Source: Phoronis australis (Eukaryota > Animalia > Phoronida). From it: a stretch of 64,000 nt of DNA. The notes below the pieces were generated by a model. The model did no database searches and was not told the DNA's origin. It saw only the letters and a program-made list of their open reading frames with translations. The stretch's first letter is position 1, and every line of letters begins with the position of its first letter. Positions 54,919-64,000 of the stretch are shown here, piece after piece. The DNA lies in contig NMRA01000449.1 of assembly GCA_002633005.1 (NCBI GenBank), forward strand, positions 1 to 64,000, written 5' to 3'. A program made the translations under genes and the position numbers.

Positions 54919-55160
54919 AATTTCAATATGGCACGGCTATTTCGAAAGTCAGCTACAGCGAGCTCTTTCTGAAAGAGCTCGCAGTAGCTGACTTTCGAAA
55001 TAGCCGCGCCATATTGAAATTTACTAACTCGCCTGACGGCGATCAGGTCTTGGTTGGACAGGCGTTCAGGGCCACCTACAGATCCCCTGTAATGACGGTG
55101 GACGGGACATTTCAACCAAGTGGTATATTAAAACAGAGTTTAACATCTTTCCGGCTTTAA
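54919..55160. repeat. Dispersed palindromic repeat; includes a 103-bp near-perfect inverted repeat at 54919-55021
   Basis: The arms are 51 bp around a 1-nt centre with two mismatches. Positions 54990-55160 are homologous (reverse complement) to window positions ~10-170. Confidence 0.8.
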
Positions 55161-57389
55161 TGCCGGAACATTTTCACTGCTGTGTGATGAGATGTATCAA
55201 TACCTTACAGAAAGGCAAAACTTGAAATATTAGTTGACGAGCAAGGACGTTTTGTTCCATACATTTCCAACGGCCAAGATGTGTCCGCGACAACTGAAGC
55301 CCGTGGCTGCGGCTGATAAAGCGAGAGAATTTCAATCTCAGCCGATGTTAAATAGCTAAAATAAATTAGTGACCGAACTTTAACTAATCAAACAATGGGA
55401 TGGACGGACTCTGCAATTTATTCCTCTGCTTTTATATTTATGAACCCATGTGTAGAATCTGAATTGATATCCACCAAATCTGACTCGAGCTCAATCGGAA
55501 GTGACTTTCGTGCTCCCACTACTCTAGAGAGCGCCAATATGAAAAGTCCCCCAATTGATGTCACCTGGGCAGTGCTTAACACAGACGCGATAACTCTTTC
55601 ACCGTGCTACGATTAAGGTTAACTCTGTGAAAAGATCTTCTAACATGGTTTCTCCTTAATTATCAAATAACAGAACCACGTGACATTCGGACACTCAGAC
55701 TTGTTGCTGTAACGCGCTCAAAATAAAGAGGCTTCAAATAAAAAAACCAGAAAATTCTCTATACGTTTTTGGCTCATTCCCAGAACGTATGTTTACGACA
55801 AACGTCCAAAAAGACTAGTGTTCATGCTACAATTGGAGGCTAAAAACATATTCTGCAATTTCAAGGGTTGGAATTTTAAAATTTGAACATCCGCACGACG
55901 GGGTACTTGCTTCTGTATGGGAACTCACAAAATGGCGCAGTTTTGACACGTTGTTTGGGTTCTCTCAGTGAGTCCTACCCTCAAGCGGATGTCAAGCGTG
56001 TACCACCGAGTGATTGCCTCTTCATGCAGGGCCACTCTCCCCAGAGGTAACACTGGTGAAAGAGGTATCAAGGCAAGAGGGGAAGCGACTGTGATCACGT
56101 GCTTCAATCTTAATGTTTATGATATCTTTCGTGATCCTGTGGTTTAGAGAATTACTTGTGTTTAAGAAACACGCCCCGGGACTGTAGAATGACAAGTATG
56201 TAAATTACACACTTGCGTAAAAACGTATAGCATTTTGGTGACAGGGACTCCAAGGGTATTACTATTAAATAAGTTTCAATAATTGTTCCACTGTGAGCTA
56301 TTTCACTATTAACCATCCGTCAGTTTATTTGCTTGCTTAATTGTCTAGTAGCCTTTTCACAGCCACTCTGTGCCCTGTTTACGGCATCTCTTCACAGCCG
56401 GTCATACTAACCTCCGTTTGCCTATCCATAAGACCACTCGTCCGCAAGTCAGCTCATCCTTTATGTTTAAGTGCAATACCTAAATTGAACTACGGTTCTA
56501 ATGAAGTGTTTAACACTTCCTGAAACTAACACTACGCTTTCGGTATCGTAGAGGGCTATATAAATATTCAAATACCTGGTATTGCTGGTTTCCGTTGCGC
56601 CCGTACTTTAATTATTTACAATTGCCACCGAGGTAGTTGCATGTAGAACTGTTTGAACGCTGTTCCCAGTGGTATTTACACAGAAATCGTGACGTCATAC
56701 TGCAGGTAGGAATGAGTAGAGATACGTTACTCAAGAGCGGTTATGAGAAATTGAGTTTGCGNCCCCGGGCATCCACTTCGAGGGTCATCCAATCACTATG
56801 AATATACTTTTTGAACGTTTCACTGATTTGACGGATTTATATTTAAATTAAATGAAGTTGCTATTTTCTGTTCCATCTTTTTTACTTTTCTTAGTATTAG
56901 GGTCCAGGTATTTGAGTAGAGAGAAGGTATTCAATAAAAATCGGGCATCACCAAACCTCTGCACGTTAATGAGGGGGACGGGTAGGCGTTACAGGATTAT
57001 AGCTTTGTTTATATAACTCATTACCAAAAAAGTTTGCACGTGACACGTGATTAAGTTAGCTGTCTGTCTTCATTACCAACCCCCAAAAATGTCAACCACC
57101 GCATGTTTTTGAAAACTTGAGCAAGATTAGATATTCGAGGTACCAACTAAAACTGATTTAAAACGAACAATAGTACCGTAATGAACACCGAATGACCCAT
57201 GACAGACAAATAGTGGATGTATTGTGTTGCTCTTGTTTACAAATGATTGATTTGCACTGATTATTTTTTATACGCAGGTTGAGCTCACTTATGTGGTTAT
57301 AATTTGAACACTACTGCAGAACTTGTCTGCATCCTCACTATATTCCTTGTCTGTAAATTATTTTTCAAAGCAACTTGACAGATTATGGT

Positions 57390-60300
57390 GAAACTTCACA
57401 TTATCTTAATTTATGACTGGGATACGCCACCACACCACTTCACTTTTAGACTCAATTAAGTGCGGTACCATCCCGTTTTCAACAAAATAGTATTTGTCCA
57501 AAATTGCTGTCAAAATGACATTGTTTAACGAAACATGACACACAGAGGTATATGGCGGAGATGCTTCGTTTTTTGTGTAATTTTGACTGCAGTTTGAGGT
57601 GGACATTTTTCTAACATGGTATGGACTTCAGTGCATAATAAATATTTAATTGTATGGTTTAGTAACCTGCTTGATAATTTAGGAATTGCTGAAGGAAACG
57701 TTCTTTTAAAGGCTTATTGATCCCTAGTACATGTATGTGCATTACCTGCGAAATCCCTTTACACTCCTTGACGATATCTTTTGTTTAGATTTTTGTTTTG
57801 ACACGGGTCTTACAACATCAAGTCAGGAACTAAGGCGTCCTTATGTTATTTACTTTGAAGTTGGTCAATTTTACCTGCCGATGTAGGCTGGGTATGCCTT
57901 TAACTAATTGCTGATAGTTGTTTTAATAAAATGTGAATGGTTTACGAGAGCTGGAAAGCATCTTAAAAAGTACCCTAAATGGAATGTGTATTGAATAGGC
58001 ATCTTGGCTGTTTATGGGGGCATACAAGGCAGGTTTACTGGACTTCAGGCAGGAATTCCATCTCTTGCTGGTTTTCAATCCTCTACCCCTGTTGCCCCCC
58101 AGTTTTATTCACCACAACCTACACAAATTCACTACCCATTTCAGGTACCATCAAGCACGGATGCTTGGGGTCCAGTGCCCGGTTACATGAAACAGTTCCA
58201 AATAGCGACTCTACTATGTTCCCTAAGCCCACTACGTATTTGCGAGTTATCTACGTTACATTGTCAACATTTTAAAAATAAGTAGGGATCTTTTCATACA
58301 AAGCCCCTAATTTATGGACTACGTCCCTAAATATTTTGACTGTGCCAAGGGCTCAGTTTTTAGTTATATTATTAGAAAATGTCATAAGTCAAAAGAGGAG
58401 CTCATAATAAAGTTAAACTGATACAAAAATATAACAACTGAGTGAAGAACGAAACAAACACGCAAAAGATTTAGGCAACTCAGTTGAGTACAGGCGGATC
58501 CAGGGGGGGGGAGTCAAAGGGGTCCGGACCCCCGTTTTTTCTTGATTTTAGTGATATCAAATTTAGAATTTTCAAATTGTTGACTTCGACAACCTTTCTT
58601 AAAAATCTTTGATCAGACCCTCTTTTAAAAAATCCTGGATCTGCCCCTGTTGAATCCCTATTTAGGACTGTTTAATGTAACTGGGCATTGATCCCCTGCC
58701 TGACTGTAGAATGTCGTAAGGTGTGAATTTTCGAAACAATGATCTGGACCCGTGTTTGGAAAGCGTAAGAGGTCATTGGCGTAGGAAACATTTGATGGCT
58801 GGTGAAGGAGGGTCTGATAATTTTTCAATTTTATTTAAAAACCAAGTTTATGAGTTGAAAGTTTTAAAAGTTAATTGATAATTGTTAATTAATTTATATT
58901 AATCCCTGGATTATTGGGGGAGGGGGCAGAAAGCTATCTTCGCTCCCAACTTTTTGGTTTGAGAGCGTCCCCCGTTTTTGCTCTTACCTCTTCTTCAGCA
59001 GATCTATCTGATGTTAATTACTTCCCTGACCCCTGGACATAATTCTACAGGTTCTGTACCTGCACACCCTCCAATCACCTGCTTTCACCTGATCACCTCT
59101 TATTACTGAGTCAACCTCTTGCTTACGATGTATTTCTCGTAATTTATATTACCTTTGCTAAGCAAATGTTTTCTTGNAAAAGCAGGACTAACTGGTTACA
59201 TATATAGACTGCCAGTCAACATAAACAACCACAAGACTAGTTAGTTGTGTAGGGCTGCTAGAGTATCAAGACTAGCACTAACAGGCTGTATAGACTGTCA
59301 GTCTCTATACAGACTGCAAGATGACATCAATCCGCAAAAGAGAGGATATTTAATTGATTATTACTCAAGGATTGCTGTTATGCCTTAGATCACACAATGA
59401 CACAACAAATCTTAATTGGTTTCAACAGCCCTTACCTTGAGTCCCCTTACTTTTACATGAGAAACACTTGTGGCTTCTTTGTTTGCTCAAATTAATCCAC
59501 GACACAAGTGGACGAAACCGAGCCCGAGGGCTAACCAACTAAACCAGTAAAATAACGCAAAAAATACTCAGTCAAAGACACCAAGGATTTTACTACAGGA
59601 ATATTGTAATATCGGTGTGCTCTATTATGTACTGTTAGGCAGTAAAATAAATCTACCATAACATTCTGAAAACTTTATGGTTAGCATTGCTGTAACAAGT
59701 GCGCCTCGGTCATTCGTTGACGACTTACCTGTCGAGCAAAATCTTTCCTTACTGAGACCGTGTAACAGCCATCTGGGATCGCAGATAAGTCTAGCACCCA
59801 AACTGGTCTTCATTTCAAACTTTACGGCGGTAATAGTCAACTTGAAGACGATTAGCAAGCCTTTTCAACGGAGGACAACCTATCTCATACCGAACGCCTG
59901 CCATTACTTGTTTGGTATGCGTGAACTTGAATTTTGCTTAATCTGAAGATCGCGTAAGCGTGANGAAACTTCACATTATCTTAATTTATGACTGGGATAC
60001 GCCACCACACCACTTCACTTTTAGACTCAATTAAGTGCGGTACCATCCCGTTTTCAACAAAATAGTATTTGTCCAAAATTGCTGTCAAAATGACATTGTT
60101 TAACGAAACATGACACACAGAGGTATATGGCGGAGATGCTTCGCTTTTTGTGTAATTTTGACTGCAGTTTGAGGTGGACATTTTTCTAACATGGTATGGA
60201 CTTCAGTGCATAATAAATATTTAATTGTATGGTTTAGTAACCTGCTTGATAATTTAGGAATTGCTGAAGGAAACGTTCTTTTAAAGGCTTATTGATCCCT

Positions 60301-61751
60301 AGTACATGTATGTGCATTACCTGCGAAATCCCTTTACACTCCTTGACGATATCTTTTGTTTAGATTTTTGTTTTGACACGGGTCTTACAACATCAAGTCA
60401 GGAACTAAGGCGTCCTTATGTTATTTACTTTGAAGTTGGTCAATTTTACCTGCCGATGTAGGCTGGGTATGCCTTTAACTAATTGCTGATAGTTGTTTTA
60501 ATAAAATGTGAATGGTTTACGAGAGCTGGAAAGCATCTTAAAAAGTACCCTAAATGGAATGTGTATTGAATAGGCATCTTGGCTGTTTATGGGGGCATAC
60601 AAGGCAGGTTTACTGGACTTCAGGCAGGAATTCCATCTCTTGCTGGTTTTCAATCCTCTACCCCTGTTGCCCCCCAGTTTTATTCACCACAACCTACACA
60701 AATTCACTACCCATTTCAGGTACCATCAAGCACGGATGCTTGGGGTCCAGTGCCCGGTTACATGAAACAGTTCCAAATAGCGACTCTACTATGTTCCCTA
60801 AGCCCACTACGTATTTGCGAGTTATCTACGTTACATTGTCAACATTTTAAAAATAAGTAGGGATCTTTTCATACAAAGCCCCTAATTTATGGACTACGTC
60901 CCTAAATATTTTGACTGTGCCAAGGGCTCAGTTTTTAGTTATATTATTAGAAAATGTCATAAGTCAAAAGAGGAGCTCATAATAAAGTTAAACTGATACA
61001 AAAATATAACAACTGAGTGAAGAACGAAACAAACACGCAAAAGATTTAGGCAACTCAGTTGAGTACAGGCGGATCCAGGGGGGGGAGTCAAAGGGGTCCG
61101 GACCCCCGTTTTTTCTTGATTTTAGTGATATCAAATTTAGAATTTTCAAATTGTTGACTTCGACAACCTTTCTTAAAAATCTTTGATCAGACCCTCTTTT
61201 AAAAAATCCTGGATCTGCCCCTGTTGAATCCCTATTTAGGACTGTTTAATGTAACTGGGCATTGATCCCCTGCCTGACTGTAGAATGTCGTAAGGTGTGA
61301 ATTTTCGAAACAATGATCTGGACCCGTGTTTGGAAAGCGTAAGAGGTCATTGGCGTAGGAAACATTTGATGGCTGGTGAAGGAGGGTCTGATAATTTTTC
61401 AATTTTATTTAAAAACCAAGTTTATGAGTTGAAAGTTTTAAAAGTTAATTGATAATTGTTAATTAATTTATATTAATCCCTGGATTATTGGGGGAGGGGG
61501 GCAGAAAGCTATCTTCGCTCCCAACTTTTTGGTTTGAGAGCGTCCCCCGTTTTTGCTCTTACCTCTTCTTCAGCAGATCTATCTGATGTTAATTACTTCC
61601 CTGACCCCTGGACATAATTCTACAGGTTCTGTACCTGCACACCCTCCAATCACCTGCTTTCACCTGATCACCTCTTATTACTGAGTCAACCTCTTGCTTA
61701 CGATGTATTTCTCGTAATTTATATTACCTTTGCTAAGCAAATGTTTTCTTG
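57390..61751. repeat. Near-identical ~1.79-kb direct duplication (57390-59176 and 59965-61751) bounded by N joins
   Basis: The duplicated ORFs are almost identical. N lies at 59177 and 59964, exactly at the copy boundaries, so this is probably an assembly or haplotype overlap. Confidence 0.85.
58489..58649 (-). mobile_element. MITE, CAGGGGCGGATCC family (repeated at ~61064-61222 within the N-flanked duplicate)
   Basis: Reads caggcggatccagg...cctggatctgcccctg and shares the internal tttagtgatatcaaat...caaattgttgactt with 20298-20455. Confidence 0.75.
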
Positions 61752-64000
61752 ATTTACTCTATATTTTGCCTAAGTGTATTTTCCATTAAACTGCTCCTAT
61801 TTTTTGTTTTCAGTATTTTAAACAAAGACACTTCACAACTTTGAATTCGACAAACTAAAATCGGCCATGGTAGTCGACGCCTCGCGTACTTCGTCGTCGC
61901 ACACACACCCGCTAGGTGTCTGCACGGTCCATGACACAATAATGGCGGTGGCCAATGAGATTAGTCTTGTTAAAGGAGAATGCCACCGAAAAAAACACGT
62001 ATTTTGTATCAATTTACATTGAGTAGTTACACTCGATAACAGAAAGTTCAGTTCATTTACCTGAAACCAGTCGGCAGACGGAGGTGATGAAATTAACCAA
62101 TGACGACATAGGTTCTTACAGTCTACTCAGCAGTTCACAAGATGCTTACTGGAGTCAGCTTATGGCTTGAATTCATCGTTTTATACCAATGAATCGTCAA
62201 AATTTGATGTAAAACCCTCACGAATGCATTGAGTTTTAAAACAAGTGAGTTGTTTTATTTCGCTGTTACGAATTTATAGAAATTTTGAACGTACCGTAGC
62301 CTATAAAGTTCCGTAGACCAACTTACCGAGGTCGGTCGTCGGAAGTTTGGAGTCTGTTCGGTTATAAAGGAGAATTGTTGTTCCGTGAAATACAAACAGA
62401 CAGACAGGAGAGCATAACCGTGTGTTGTAATTTTTAGATGAGATTTTTTCAGTTCTAAATACACAAGGCTCGGTATAACGTAATAGTTCGCTGGAACCCG
62501 ATCAGCGGTCGGACTGGAAACATTACGAACATAAACTAGCCGAGTTAGTCGGCTGCGAAAGTTGAAAACTAAACTACCAGTCACATAAAGAATAGACTAC
62601 TGAACCAAAGAAATAATTTGCACGGGAATGTTTAGGTGAATTCAGTCGCCGCGAAACTGCAAATCTACGCACTCGTCTGGGGTCGTGCCAAGCCAGGTTT
62701 CCTTTAACCGTACAGTGAAAACTAGGTGTACAATAACAATGATTTGAATAACGTATATATATCTAAATGAAGATTCCTCTAACATCTGACCATAGCATAT
62801 AAATTCGAGTGATAGTTTCACAACAGCTGTCTGCAAGCAAACACTGAATTAGCATGGTCAATTTGCATCTGAAGCCGATAACACAGTATGATTTATTCAC
62901 TGTTGATTTCTCTAAACATTTGCATTCACAAATTGCATCTACTGAGACAGACTTTGACAATTTGTTGCAGTTTTATATAGACATTGGTTAGGGCGGGAAT
63001 AATTCACAGACAAGGAGATACTTCACGGCCTCATACTTTCGGTATTAAGGCGTACTTTTCGTTCTTTACTGCCGGGAGCCACTTCGATTTACCCGCTTTC
63101 CTCGCAACGGGAACACAAGCGGGAACAATACGCCACACCATAGCGGCACACACTCGACTGAAGTACCACTGACGTCGGTGGGTCGTGTAGGCTTACTCAT
63201 CTTCCTCACAGATTAACGCGACACCTTTCAGCGAGGTGAGATCAACCGTATACGATGTAGTGTGGATAAAGAATGGTTAAGACGTAACAAAAACTAATTA
63301 AATCGGGCGGCATTCTTCTTTAGCGTCTTTGAAATTATGCAATGAGACGAACAAATCGAGTCAACTGTCGACCTTCGTTATCTCGTTACAAGAAGGGTTC
63401 CGGATCCTGTCTAAAACCTTAATTGTAATCGAAGTTCGCTGTAACCAAATCAAGTTTTTAGAGAAAGTAAAAGCGATAGATTATTGGCAAGATGAAGAAA
63501 ATCCGTGAAATTTCTGAAGTCTTATTTTTGACACCAAAACACGCGACAGAAAACTACAGGCACCTTAATTCTTCTACAATACAGCAAAGAAGGAAAATTA
63601 AAAGCTGCATTCGCCTTGTTTAGCTGGATATAGAACGAAAATCGAATTAGGGTCTGTTTGCGGAATTTCCAGTAGGACTCTTTTAAACTTAGGGATCTGA
63701 TTTACATGACTTGTAATACTTTCGTACAGTGTATTAGGCTAACAATGCTTTGCTGTACCTGTTCTTTAATTTTTCTGACACCCCAAATCTGAAGTACCTA
63801 AAGACTAAGAACAAACGAAAAAGCGAATTAGTTAAACTTACCTGCTACCACGCCCGTCTATGGGGTAAATCACTAAGAGTTGGCAAAACAATCACGCTAA
63901 CGCTCGCATGCAAACGCTATTGCTGAGGGAACGAAGTTTGAACTACTAAGCTACAGATGTCACATGGCGTGATCAAGATTAGCTCTAAATTAATATTTTA

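Noticed and set aside
57390-61751. Apparent LTR pair or recent segmental duplication of ~1.8 kb
   Set aside because: Both inner boundaries coincide exactly with single-N joins, the copies are almost identical, and there are no TG..CA ends, primer-binding site or internal ORFs. It is most likely an assembly or haplotype overlap.

Overview
Eukaryotic (animal, probably invertebrate; inference) genomic DNA that is AT-rich, intron-rich and dense in repeats. Single-N scaffold joins occur at 2913, 3497, 30943, 41232, 53765, 56762, 59177 and 59964. Almost all ORF-track entries are spurious. Real coding signal is on the minus strand. (1) One internal exon (359-520) of a cyclic-nucleotide-binding-domain (CNBD) ion channel. 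(2) A claudin-superfamily (PMP22/claudin, TMEM47/PERP/VAB-9-like) tetraspan gene spanning about 8.3-49.3 kb. This gene has two paralogous exon1+exon2 cassettes (TM1 plus first extracellular loop) but only one visible set of exons 3-4 (TM2-TM4). Both cassettes splice in frame to those exons, predicting 228-aa and 528-aa isoforms in a variable-plus-constant design. No upstream channel exon is visible, so the tetraspan gene may be nested on the same strand inside a very large channel intron. The rest comprises MITEs, a Helentron/HINE-like element, CR1-like LINE relics, microsatellites, a 103-bp palindrome and a Penelope-type hammerhead ribozyme in a probably polymorphic insertion. Several N-flanked duplications are best read as assembly or haplotype artefacts.
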